Part shown: positions 55,077-63,416 of the stretch, one piece after another
Layout: every line of letters starts with the position of its first letter
How positions within the stretch are numbered: position 1 is the stretch's first letter
Assembly: GCA_037131105.1 (NCBI GenBank)
Contig: JBAXRQ010000001.1
Location: 322,039 to 386,038, forward strand
Direction of reading: 5' to 3'
From: a bacterium
Lineage (GTDB): Bacteria > Patescibacteriota > UBA1384 > CAILIB01
Length of the DNA: 64,000 nucleotides
The notes under the pieces: generated by a model
Seen by the model: the letters and a program-made list of their open reading frames with translations, nothing else
Databases searched by the model: none
What the model was told of the DNA's origin: nothing
Made by a program: the position numbers and the translations under genes

Positions 55077-55688
55077 TTAGCGGTACGTCGCGAGTCGCAG
55101 CTCGTGTTGACAGAGCACTTGCTCAATTTCCTCGAGGCATTTTTTCCTCTGGTGCTTTCTGCTGACGATCTTGTCTCTGGTCAATCTGGCGATTAAGCCG
55201 AGGCAGACGCAGTCCTGATCCAGGAGAAAGTTGTAGGTAGGGGTGCTGAATGGAAGCTCCTGCAGACTGATCCTACCAACGGCAACGGTCATTGGCGCGA
55301 CATCCAGATTCTTCGGTGCGCCGCCATTTTTGCAAGCCTTCCTTCTTGGCGTGGCGTCATAGTAGTGGCGCAGCCTTGCGCAGATAGTGTCGACAGCTTT
55401 TACCAATGTGGCGGGATGTTTCACACCCCAGTTCTTGGCGATCTCCGTGAACTTCTGACGTGGCTGACCAATCCCGTAATACCTTCTCAGCAGTCCTTCT
55501 TCAGTCGGGGTGCAGAGCAGCCTGATCATCGGTGCGAGCAGTTTCTTGCTGAGCTTCTCGTGCATGTGCCAGAAGGCTTCGTCGAGTAATTCGCCGTTTT
55601 CTTCCTTTACCTGCTCACTGATTGCCCCAGCCACATGTGCCCGCAGGGCAATGTTGCTGTAGGGTCCCAGTTCCTGGTTGTGCTTCAT
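55077..55688 (-). CDS. putative DNA-binding regulator combining a sigma-70 region-4-like HTH with an RNA-polymerase alpha-CTD-like (HhH) C-terminal domain
   Basis: ATG with a GAGAGGAG RBS (MKHNQ...). ...RRYYGIGQPRQKFTEIAKNWGVKHPATLVKAVDTICARLR (sigma region-4-like). The C-terminal ISLQELPFSTPTYNFLLDQDCVCLGLIARLTRDKIVSRKHQRKKCLEEIEQVL resembles the alpha-CTD (LELSVRSxNCLK...G.KSLxEI). Confidence 0.45.
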   Translation of the reverse strand: MKHNQELGPYSNIALRAHVAGAISEQVKEENGELLDEAFWHMHEKLSKKLLAPMIRLLCTPTEEGLLRRYYGIGQPRQKFTEIAKNWGVKHPATLVKAVDTICARLRHYYDATPRRKACKNGGAPKNLDVAPMTVAVGRISLQELPFSTPTYNFLLDQDCVCLGLIARLTRDKIVSRKHQRKKCLEEIEQVLCQHELRLATYR

Positions 55689-55851
55689 GGTTTCTCCTCT
55701 CAAACCTCGCGACTTCGCCGCGATGAGTCACATTACCACGTGAAGACCTTTTTGACAAGGCTAATGCCTTACCCTCGAATTCAATACACAATGCTCCAGT
55801 TGCAGCAGACAGTTCTGCATTGGGTATTTGATTCAGGTAGCCTTTGTGAGA

Positions 55852-55880
55852 TTGACACATCCTTCCCAATCTGGTATATT
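55852..55880 (+). promoter_or_regulatory. strong sigma70 promoter TTGACA-17 bp-TATATT upstream of the 55914 gene
   Basis: Consensus hexamers read directly; 34 nt upstream of the ATG with a GAAAGGA RBS. Confidence 0.55.
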
Positions 55881-55913
55881 CACCCATCCAGTTACGATAG
55901 AAAGGACAGCGAA

Positions 55914-56315
55914 ATGGACAGTGAAACGACAGTTGAGGATCTGGTCGAAAAGCTTTTCCCGGAAAAGACCGCGGCAGATCTGATGGGCGCCCGGTTCAGA
56001 CTCACCTTCATCCACCAGTTGGCAGACGTGAGGACTGCAACGACGGATGTGGCTCTCGAGCACATCGATACAAGGGAGCAGGGTGTGGTCTTCGAGGCGG
56101 TCGTCACCGACCTTGAGGTCATCGAGACCCGGACCTACGGGACGCAGGTACCTGTCCCGGTGCTGGTAGTGTGTTATGACCAGGCGGAGTATGCTGGTAT
56201 GCGCACGTTCAATGTCCTCGTGTACCGGACCTATGCAGTGATGCTTCTGGCCGGTCAGGTCGAGGAAGAGTGTACCAAGGCGGAAATCTCGGGAGTGTTT
56301 CAGCTTCTCGACTAA
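55914..56315 (+). CDS. hypothetical protein (133 aa)
   Basis: Internal ATG with RBS downstream of the consensus promoter. No motif. Confidence 0.5.
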   Translation: MDSETTVEDLVEKLFPEKTAADLMGARFRLTFIHQLADVRTATTDVALEHIDTREQGVVFEAVVTDLEVIETRTYGTQVPVPVLVVCYDQAEYAGMRTFNVLVYRTYAVMLLAGQVEEECTKAEISGVFQLLD

Positions 56316-56333
56316 TCGCCGCAAGAAGCAGTC

Positions 56334-56378
56334 TGGAAAAGGATCGGTCGCCATATGGTGCCCGGTCCCTTTTTCTTC
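56334..56378 (+). terminator. intrinsic terminator, member of a repeated two-tier hairpin family (tggaaaaggatcggtcgcc...cccggtccctttttcttc)
   Basis: Shares an 18-nt identical 5' arm and the ccggtcc + T-run with the element at 56846-56894. Confidence 0.5.
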
Positions 56379-56455
56379 ATTAGTCATCCGAGAGGATTGA
56401 CGTGCGTCATGATTTATGGTACCTTCGTACATTCCAGTACAGAGAAAGGATCGGA

Positions 56456-56833
56456 ATGATTACGAGTAATACAGCGTACTTATTTGTGCAGCGCTTCCTT
56501 GAGGGAGAGTCGAGTTTCTCACTCATCGGCCGCGCCGCCCTATTGGTCTTTGAGCCCTTCGGCGAAATAAAAACCTTGACGGGTGATGATGCCAGGACAA
56601 TCTACACCTCGGAGTCGCCGTGGGTGTCGGTAATGATTACCAGTGTGAGGCCGCATGACGGAGTGAAGCCAGGCTTCCTCATCATGGAGTTCGCACAGGT
56701 CAGTTACATGGGGTGCACGATGTCATCTCTGTGGCTCCATCGGGATGGGACCGCGAGGGTGCTACTTTCCCAACCAACCTATGGTATGCAGGGCCAAATC
56801 CTAGCCACGCTTGAGCTCGGTGAGCGCCGTTAG
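56456..56833 (+). CDS. hypothetical protein (125 aa)
   Basis: ATG with an AGAGAAAGGA RBS; no motif. Confidence 0.45.
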   Translation: MITSNTAYLFVQRFLEGESSFSLIGRAALLVFEPFGEIKTLTGDDARTIYTSESPWVSVMITSVRPHDGVKPGFLIMEFAQVSYMGCTMSSLWLHRDGTARVLLSQPTYGMQGQILATLELGERR

Positions 56834-56845
56834 TACATCGCCGTT

Positions 56846-56894
56846 TGGAAAAGGATCGGTCGCCGCAAGGCGTGCCGGTCCTCTTCTTTTTATC
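56846..56894 (+). terminator. intrinsic terminator, second copy of the repeated hairpin family (inner GNRA hairpin cgcc-gcaa-ggcg)
   Basis: tggaaaaggatcggtcgccgcaaggcgtgccggtcctcttcttttt. Confidence 0.5.
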
Positions 56895-56924
56895 TGCTCC
56901 TACATATTCTGCTAGAGTAATGGT

Positions 56925-57512
56925 ATGGACACAGCCGAGACCCACAAGGACCTGCCAGTACTTACCTTTGCCACTGTCGACCAGTGGGAGGAATGGCTGG
57001 CAGCTAGCCACACCCAGACCACGGGCGTCTGGATAAAATTCGCCAAGAAAGCCTCGGGCCACACTACCGTCACCTATATAGAAGCTAGGGACACGGCCCT
57101 GATGTACGGCTGGGTCGACGGGCTGGTGAATGCCTACGACGAGAAGTTCTACGTGACCCGGTTTATGTCGCGCCGGCCCAAGAGCACCTGGTCCAAGATC
57201 AACAAAGGGGTGGCCGAGCAGCTTATAAAGGAAGGGAAGATGCAGCCGGCAGGACTCAAAGAGGTGGAGCGGGCCAAGGCGGACGGACGCTGGGACGCCG
57301 CCTATGATCCGCAGAGCAGCATGGAAGTGTCTGATGAGTTTAGTCAGGCCCTGGACAAGAATCCGGCGGCGGCTGAGCAGTTTGCTGCAATCTCCAAGGC
57401 CAACCGCTATGCCTTCCTGTACCGTCTGCATCACGCCAAGCGGGCAGAGACGAAGGTGTCCCTTATTGAAAGGTTCGTGGAGATGCTAGCGGCCGGGGAG
57501 ACGTTTCACTAG
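56925..57512 (+). CDS. YdeI/OmpD-associated (OmdA) family protein
   Basis: The C-terminal ...ANRYAFLYRLHHAKRAETKVSLIERFVEMLAAGE matches the YdeI_OmdA signature (FLYRIxxAKRPETRxKRIEKxVxML). Confidence 0.65.
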   Translation: MDTAETHKDLPVLTFATVDQWEEWLAASHTQTTGVWIKFAKKASGHTTVTYIEARDTALMYGWVDGLVNAYDEKFYVTRFMSRRPKSTWSKINKGVAEQLIKEGKMQPAGLKEVERAKADGRWDAAYDPQSSMEVSDEFSQALDKNPAAAEQFAAISKANRYAFLYRLHHAKRAETKVSLIERFVEMLAAGETFH

Positions 57513-57522
57513 TCAATAACAC

Positions 57523-57984
57523 ATGTCTATGTTTAAAGAAGGCACGGGTTTCTCAGCTGGAGGAGCAGAAGTCGGACCTGAGGCATTTGAGGAGCATATT
57601 CAGGGACTTGCTGATGATTTTGAGGTGGAAGAGGAGTGGACCTCGCGCTTGAATCCTGATGTTATCCGAAGAGACCTTGAGGACGCTTCGATTATTATTA
57701 GCCAAGGCACAGGCGGCGTCGACCGTACCATGAATATACCCTTAGAAAGCGCTCGTCGAGCAGTCGCCCAAGAAATAATAGAAGTAGGCAGCGGAGCTGG
57801 CGGCTTTGTGCAGGACTATATGAGGCACGCTGCCAACAGTGCAAAAAAGAGCGCCTTGGTAAAAGGCACCATAGTCGACTGGGTGCATTCAGTACTGCCT
57901 GAGGCGGACTATGACGGCGACAACATTAGTGAGGGCGGTGCTGCTTACTGGGCAGGCCGTGGACAGATCCGCAGCGGGGATTGA
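57523..57984 (+). CDS. hypothetical acidic protein (153 aa)
   Basis: ORF directly after ydeI-like gene; no motif. Confidence 0.45.
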   Translation: MSMFKEGTGFSAGGAEVGPEAFEEHIQGLADDFEVEEEWTSRLNPDVIRRDLEDASIIISQGTGGVDRTMNIPLESARRAVAQEIIEVGSGAGGFVQDYMRHAANSAKKSALVKGTIVDWVHSVLPEADYDGDNISEGGAAYWAGRGQIRSGD

Positions 57985-58030
57985 TAGTAGTCATTCACGC
58001 GCGCAGCTGCTTAGATAATCAAATAACCCA

Positions 58031-58345
58031 TTGCATATGACCATTAATGAATTTCAGCAGCATGCAGTCGGCACCGTGGCAATTACCGAAAAAGGAATCC
58101 CGGCTCTTACCCATCGCACCTTGGGCTTGACCGGAGCGGCTGGCATCATCGCCAATGAGACCAAGAAGGTGATCCGCGACAAGGCAGGCGTGGCTGACTC
58201 TGAGGACATGGAGGTGGTGAAAAAGCGGCTAGGAGACGTGCTGTACTACGCGGCAGTTCTGGCCGATTACTACGGCCTCTCGCTCTCCGAGGTCGCCGAG
58301 CAGAACATGGAGCAGTCCACTGCCTTTAAGGCGGATAGGGCCTAA
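58031..58345 (+). CDS. MazG-like nucleotide pyrophosphohydrolase (all-alpha NTP-PPase)
   Basis: ...LGLTGAAGIIANETKK...LGDVLYYAAVLADYYGLSLSEV matches the MazG/NTP-PPase EExxE..K...GDxLxxxxxLA pattern. Confidence 0.65.
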   Translation: MHMTINEFQQHAVGTVAITEKGIPALTHRTLGLTGAAGIIANETKKVIRDKAGVADSEDMEVVKKRLGDVLYYAAVLADYYGLSLSEVAEQNMEQSTAFKADRA

Positions 58346-58408
58346 CAAAGACAAACAGCCCCCGTCGTGAGACGGGAGCTGCTGTTATGCCGGACTGGAT
58401 ACCGGGAC

Positions 58409-59287
58409 TCACTGCGGGAGTGAGTCGAACAAATTCTTGGCGACACGGGCGGCCTCTTCGTTGCGCCGGGCGATGGTCCATGGCAGTGCGAAGAGGGTCT
58501 TCAGCATGCCGTAAATGTCGGACCATCCCATCTCCACTACCACTTCAGTGGCTTCACAGCCGGCGGCGAAGAGTAGTTCGATGGCTTTCCAGAAGGGATG
58601 GTTCTTACCGCCTGTCCGGAAATACCCCCAGTCCTTCTTTGCCTTGATCTGCCAGTGGATGATCTTGACCCACTTGGCTAGCAAGGCGGCTTGCTCCGGT
58701 GTCCAGCCCAGGTCAACTAGGATGTGGTGGGTGTCATACACCAGCCCTATCTGTCGGCCTTCTGCTTCCCATTTCTCGATCTGGGCGATCAGCGCTTCGG
58801 GACTTTCCCCGAGTGCTCCGAGATGAGGACTGACCTCAATGAGTTGGAGTGGACCCGCCGGTACCAGATCGATCTCGTAGGGACAGTGCACGATCTCTCG
58901 GACGTCGTCCTTTCGATTCTGGCTGTACCACTGGTTGGCAGACTCCTCATCGATGAAGGCGACAATCGCCATCTGGATGATACGGACCTCCGCGTTCAGT
59001 GCCTTCGGAAGCCGGTACATGATACCGCCTGCCGTCCGGTCATAGAGCCTGCCCGTATGGAATCTGAAGCCGTTTGGGACACTCCTTACCAGCTGGGCAA
59101 AAGGTTTCTCCATCAGTGCCGGCTTGGCGCTTCTGGGAAACCCGCGCACTGGCATGTCCTGTACTCCGTCCCAGGTGCGATTGAACACATCCTGGAGCTG
59201 AGAGTACCATTCCATCGCCCTAAAGAGCATCGTCCACACCCCCAGATAATTGAGGACTGACGAATATAGCTTAATTTCTCTTTTCAT
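58409..59287 (-). CDS. hypothetical protein (292 aa)
   Basis: Internal ATG (MKREIKLY...); the longer track ORF has a His/Pro-rich leader without an RBS. No secure motif. Confidence 0.45.
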   Translation of the reverse strand: MKREIKLYSSVLNYLGVWTMLFRAMEWYSQLQDVFNRTWDGVQDMPVRGFPRSAKPALMEKPFAQLVRSVPNGFRFHTGRLYDRTAGGIMYRLPKALNAEVRIIQMAIVAFIDEESANQWYSQNRKDDVREIVHCPYEIDLVPAGPLQLIEVSPHLGALGESPEALIAQIEKWEAEGRQIGLVYDTHHILVDLGWTPEQAALLAKWVKIIHWQIKAKKDWGYFRTGGKNHPFWKAIELLFAAGCEATEVVVEMGWSDIYGMLKTLFALPWTIARRNEEAARVAKNLFDSLPQ

Positions 59288-59500
59288 GTTATTCCCTTTC
59301 GACACTGCCTTCTCGGCACTAATGTCCGCCGCAGTGTAGCATAAAACCCCCAACCTGTCAATCAGGTAAGGAAAAAGGCCCGGCGTCGCCGCCAGAATAA
59401 TACAAGAAGAAAGTATGCTAACAACCTTACCCTTGACGACTTTGCTATGATGAATAGAGAGTCCTGCCATTGGCGGGGTATGTACTAATCTGGAGGCACC

Positions 59501-59686
59501 ATGAACAACAAAACCGTGTGGTACGTTGTCGGGGGGTTTGTAGCAGGAGTTCTGGTCGGATCCTGGATAGTAGGCGCCCAGTACCGGGGCATGGGCGGCA
59601 TGTGGGATGATATGATGCATCACACTACCTATTACGGGGCTACCCGGACCTCCAGCGGCGGCACCATGATGATCATCAGGAACTAA
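59501..59686 (+). CDS. small membrane protein (61 aa) coupled to the downstream permease
   Basis: GGAGG RBS; TM VWYVVGGFVAGVLVGSWIVGA; 9-nt gap to the permease gene. Confidence 0.4.
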   Translation: MNNKTVWYVVGGFVAGVLVGSWIVGAQYRGMGGMWDDMMHHTTYYGATRTSSGGTMMIIRN

Positions 59687-59695
59687 GCTTCTCGC

Positions 59696-60829
59696 ATGTC
59701 TGTTCTAAACGAGCTTTTGCACGCCCTTTCCATGGCGTTTGCCATGTTCTGGGAGATCTTCTGGGCCCTGGCCCTGGGATTTCTGCTGTCCGCCGTGGTG
59801 CAGGCGGTGGTCTCCAAGGGTGAGATGGGTCGGCTGCTACCGGACTCCTCACTGAAAAGCCTTTGGCGGGCCTCCTGGCTGGGAGCGGCTTCGTCGTCCT
59901 GTTCATATGCCGCAGTAGCTATCGCCCGGTCCATGGTGGCCAAGGGAGCCGACTTTACCGCCGCCTTCGCCTTTGAGTTTGCCTCCACCAACCTGGTCAT
60001 CGAGCTGGGGATCATCCTCTGGCTGCTGCTGGGCTGGCAGTTTGCGGTGGCTGAGTACGTGAGCGGCTTCCTGATGATCCTCATACTTTCCGGACTGTTC
60101 CGGGTCTTTCTAAAGCCTGGCCTAATGAAGGAGGCAGTAGCCCAAGCGCAGCAGGTAAGCGGCGGCGGGCATGAAGGGCATGGCATGGGTGAGGAGACGA
60201 GGGACGTCTGGTACCGCCGTCTGCTTTCGGGCGAGGGACTGACCTCGGTGAGCCGCTACTTCGTGATGGACGTCTCCATGCTCTGGAAGGAGATTATGGC
60301 AGGGCTGCTGATAACCGGGGCGCTCTCGGCCTGGGTGCCGCAGTCGTTCTGGCAGCATTTCTTCCTGGCCGGTGAGTCGGGGGTGGGGCCGGCAGTCTGG
60401 GGAGCGGTGGTAGGACCCTTGGTGGCCATGCTGTCCTTTGTCTGCTCAATAGGGAACGTGCCTCTGGCGGCGGTGCTGTGGAACGGGGGCATCAGCTTTG
60501 CCGGGGTCATCTCATTTATCTTCGCCGACCTGCTGATCCTGCCCATACTTTCTATATATAGGAAGTACTACGGGATGAAGATGGCGGTGTTCCTGGCGGC
60601 AATGTCATACCTGGCCATGGTGCTGGCCGGGCTGGTGACGGAAGCGGCGTTTCGGCTGCTCGGACTAGTGCCCAGTACGCGGCAGGCCTTGGTGCTGGAG
60701 GCGCACATAGGGTGGAATTATACCAGCGTGCTGAATGCGGTGTTTGTGGTTGGGGTGGCGGTGCTGGTGTGGAGGAATGCACGGGCGGGGAAGGGGGAGG
60801 AGCATTGTGAGCATCACGGGCACCACTGA
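59696..60829 (+). CDS. permease of the DUF318/ArsP-like two-repeat family with His-rich C-terminus (GEEHCEHHGHH)
   Basis: Multiple TM helices; internal duplication typical of 'predicted permease' PF03773; metal-binding-like tail. Confidence 0.7.
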   Translation: MSVLNELLHALSMAFAMFWEIFWALALGFLLSAVVQAVVSKGEMGRLLPDSSLKSLWRASWLGAASSSCSYAAVAIARSMVAKGADFTAAFAFEFASTNLVIELGIILWLLLGWQFAVAEYVSGFLMILILSGLFRVFLKPGLMKEAVAQAQQVSGGGHEGHGMGEETRDVWYRRLLSGEGLTSVSRYFVMDVSMLWKEIMAGLLITGALSAWVPQSFWQHFFLAGESGVGPAVWGAVVGPLVAMLSFVCSIGNVPLAAVLWNGGISFAGVISFIFADLLILPILSIYRKYYGMKMAVFLAAMSYLAMVLAGLVTEAAFRLLGLVPSTRQALVLEAHIGWNYTSVLNAVFVVGVAVLVWRNARAGKGEEHCEHHGHH

Positions 60830-60886
60830 GGTGCGTTATAAGAAGAAACCTGCTAGGATTTGAGTATCTAGCCCTTCCTTCCCCCT

Positions 60887-62332
60887 ATGTTCGAACAGGC
60901 CTTCAAACGCATCGACGACGTGCTCCGTAAGGATGCTGGTGCCTCCAGTGAGCTTGACTATGTTGAGCAGACCTCCTGGATCTTATTCCTCAAATATCTG
61001 GACGACTTGGAGAAGGACAAGTCTACCGAGGCAGCTTTGGCCGGCAAGGACTACAAGGCCATCATCGCCCCCGAATACCGCTGGGAAGTCTGGGCGGCTC
61101 CCAAGACTGCAGACGGCAAGCTTGACCACCATAAGGCGCTTTCCGGTGATGACCTGCGGGACTTCGTCGACCTGCAGCTTTTCCCGTACCTAAAGAAGTT
61201 CAAGAGCGAGGCCGAGGGCCCGGATACCATCGAGTACAAGATCGGGGAGATCTTTAGCGAGATCAAGAACAAGATCCAGAGCGGCTACACCCTGCGGGAG
61301 ATTCTGGACGTGGTGGACGACATGCGGTTCCGCTCCCAGGCCGAGAAGCACGAGCTTTCCAGCCTCTACGAGGGCAAGATCAAGAACATGGGCAACGCCG
61401 GCAGGAACGGCGGTGAGTACTATACGCCCCGGCCTTTGATCAAGACCATTGTTAAAGTGGTGGATCCCAAGATTGGTGACACTATCTATGACGGAGCCGT
61501 CGGCTCGGCTGGCTTCTTGGTGGAGGCCTACGAATACCTCAGGAGCAGCCGCAAGCTCTCTACCGAGGATGTCCAGACCCTGCAGAAGAAGACCTTCTAC
61601 GGCAAGGAGAAGAAGTCGCTGGCCTATATCATTGGGATCATGAACATGATTTTGCACGGCATCGAGGCTCCCAATATCCTGCATACCAATACCCTGGCCG
61701 AGAATCTGGCCGACATCCAGGAGAAGGACCGTTACGATGTAGTGCTGGCCAATCCGCCGTTTGGCGGCAAGGAGCGGACCGAGGTGCAGCAGAACTTCCC
61801 GATCAAGACGGGGGAGACTGCATTTCTTTTCCTGCAGCACTTCATCAAGATCATGAAGGCAGGCGGCAAGGGCGGCATCGTCATCAAGAACACCTTTCTT
61901 TCAAATACTGACAATGCCTCGGTTTCGCTGCGCAAGTATCTATTGGAAGGTTGTAACCTGCATACGGTGCTGGATCTGCCTGGTGGTGCATTCGTGGGGG
62001 CAGGTGTGAAGACGGTCGTACTGTTCTTTGAGAAAGGGGCACCTACCAAGAAGATCTGGTATTACCAGCTGAACCCGGGAAGAAACCTAGGGAAGACGAA
62101 TCCGCTGAATGAGAAGGACTTGACGGAGTTTGTGGAGTTACAGAAGACGAAGGGGGATAGTGAGAATTCGTGGAGTGTGGGAGTGAGGGATCTTAACAGG
62201 GAGACCTGGGATCTGTCAGTGAGGAACCAAGATGCACTCAAGGGAGTCGCCATACGAGACCCAGAGATGATTATAAAAGAGATAAGGATTCTGGATGAAA
62301 AAATCAGGGCTACTCTTGAGAGTATTATATGA
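60887..62332 (+). CDS. hsdM: type I restriction-modification system DNA methyltransferase subunit M
   Basis: N6-adenine MTase motifs: motif I in ...DPKIGDTIYDGAVGSAGFL..., motif IV NPPFG (VLANPPFGGKE). HsdM N-terminal domain. Confidence 0.9.
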   Translation: MFEQAFKRIDDVLRKDAGASSELDYVEQTSWILFLKYLDDLEKDKSTEAALAGKDYKAIIAPEYRWEVWAAPKTADGKLDHHKALSGDDLRDFVDLQLFPYLKKFKSEAEGPDTIEYKIGEIFSEIKNKIQSGYTLREILDVVDDMRFRSQAEKHELSSLYEGKIKNMGNAGRNGGEYYTPRPLIKTIVKVVDPKIGDTIYDGAVGSAGFLVEAYEYLRSSRKLSTEDVQTLQKKTFYGKEKKSLAYIIGIMNMILHGIEAPNILHTNTLAENLADIQEKDRYDVVLANPPFGGKERTEVQQNFPIKTGETAFLFLQHFIKIMKAGGKGGIVIKNTFLSNTDNASVSLRKYLLEGCNLHTVLDLPGGAFVGAGVKTVVLFFEKGAPTKKIWYYQLNPGRNLGKTNPLNEKDLTEFVELQKTKGDSENSWSVGVRDLNRETWDLSVRNQDALKGVAIRDPEMIIKEIRILDEKIRATLESII

Positions 62333-63414
62333 GTAAAGATGAAATAACAACCCAAACTCTTAAGGAGGGGGTGGCAAAGACTTCTACAATTAAACTAGGC
62401 AAAACGCCCGAGACTCGCATTACGTTTGAGGCACTAATCCATGAGAAGGGAGTGTCAGGCAAAATAATAAAGTACAAAAAAGATCGAAAAAGTGATTGGG
62501 ATAACCTCCAGAAAAGTGACTTTAGTAGTCATGCGCTGGATGTAATGGAGAAAGTGGAAATCCCAGTTTCTACCGATGAATTGTTAAAATTAATTACTGA
62601 AATTCAACTTAGATATAGAATCGCTGAAGGAGGAGTTAAGTCGGGTATACATTCATATATACCAGTCGAAAAAGACAGCTTTGTGCTTATTGATAATGAG
62701 AACATCAAGCAAATATTGGAGAGTGTCTTAATAAAAGGCTACTCAGATGATTTTTGGCAGTTGCTTTCCGCCTCTGAGCCAGACTTGGCAAATAGACTAT
62801 CGGCGGGTCAACTGCAACTTCAAAGGGAAAAAATTGTAAAAGATTTAGAGCGGCGTTTACTTTTAAGGTTTTCAGAAACAAACGGTAATGACTCGTGGCA
62901 AAGATGGATTCATGCGAATAACTGGTTATTTGGAATCAATTATCAAAAGCCTATCGAAAAAGAAAAAATAAATATTTCCGGTGTTATGCCAGACTTTCTT
63001 TTTCCAACAGTGGATGGGTTCATCGACATTCTGGAAATTAAACTTCCAGAAGATGAGGTGATTTCCTCAGATGGTAGCCATCAGGGTGCTTGGAAATGGA
63101 CGGCGGCGAGCAATACAGCGATTGGCCAGGTTGTAAACTATCTTTCTGAGATAGATCGTATGAGTTCTGAAATAGAAAACAATATTCGGAGAAAATACGA
63201 GCTGGAAGTTTCTTGCTTGAAGCCCCGAGCACACATTCTAATAGGAAACTCTCAGGATTGGAAAATGGAAAAAAAAGAGGGCTTAAGAAAGCTGAATCAT
63301 TCACTCCACGGAATAGAGGTAATAACATATTTCGATCTTATCCAGCGCGGCAAGAGTTTTTCAAAAAGCCCGGTTGCTGGTGTTCGAACAGATATTGATA
63401 ATTTGCTCTCCTAA
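62329..63414 (+). CDS. DUF4263 (Shedu/SduA-like) PD-(D/E)xK nuclease-family protein inserted between hsdM and hsdS
   Basis: AT-rich gene overlapping the hsdM stop by 4 nt. C-terminal nuclease core ...GVMPDFLFPTVDGFIDILEIKLPEDEV... (D ... D-x(n)-E-I-K), as in Shedu C-terminal domains. Confidence 0.55.
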   Translation: MSKDEITTQTLKEGVAKTSTIKLGKTPETRITFEALIHEKGVSGKIIKYKKDRKSDWDNLQKSDFSSHALDVMEKVEIPVSTDELLKLITEIQLRYRIAEGGVKSGIHSYIPVEKDSFVLIDNENIKQILESVLIKGYSDDFWQLLSASEPDLANRLSAGQLQLQREKIVKDLERRLLLRFSETNGNDSWQRWIHANNWLFGINYQKPIEKEKINISGVMPDFLFPTVDGFIDILEIKLPEDEVISSDGSHQGAWKWTAASNTAIGQVVNYLSEIDRMSSEIENNIRRKYELEVSCLKPRAHILIGNSQDWKMEKKEGLRKLNHSLHGIEVITYFDLIQRGKSFSKSPVAGVRTDIDNLLS

Positions 63415-63416
63415 TT

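Noticed and set aside
56700-57434. 244-aa minus-strand ORF
   Set aside because: Antisense to the YdeI/OmdA gene and its upstream gene. The + strand genes have RBSs and a family-specific C-terminal signature, whereas the antisense translation is Arg/Gly/Pro-rich low complexity.
61190-61840. 216-aa minus-strand ORF inside hsdM
   Set aside because: Antisense to hsdM, which carries NPPFG and motif I.
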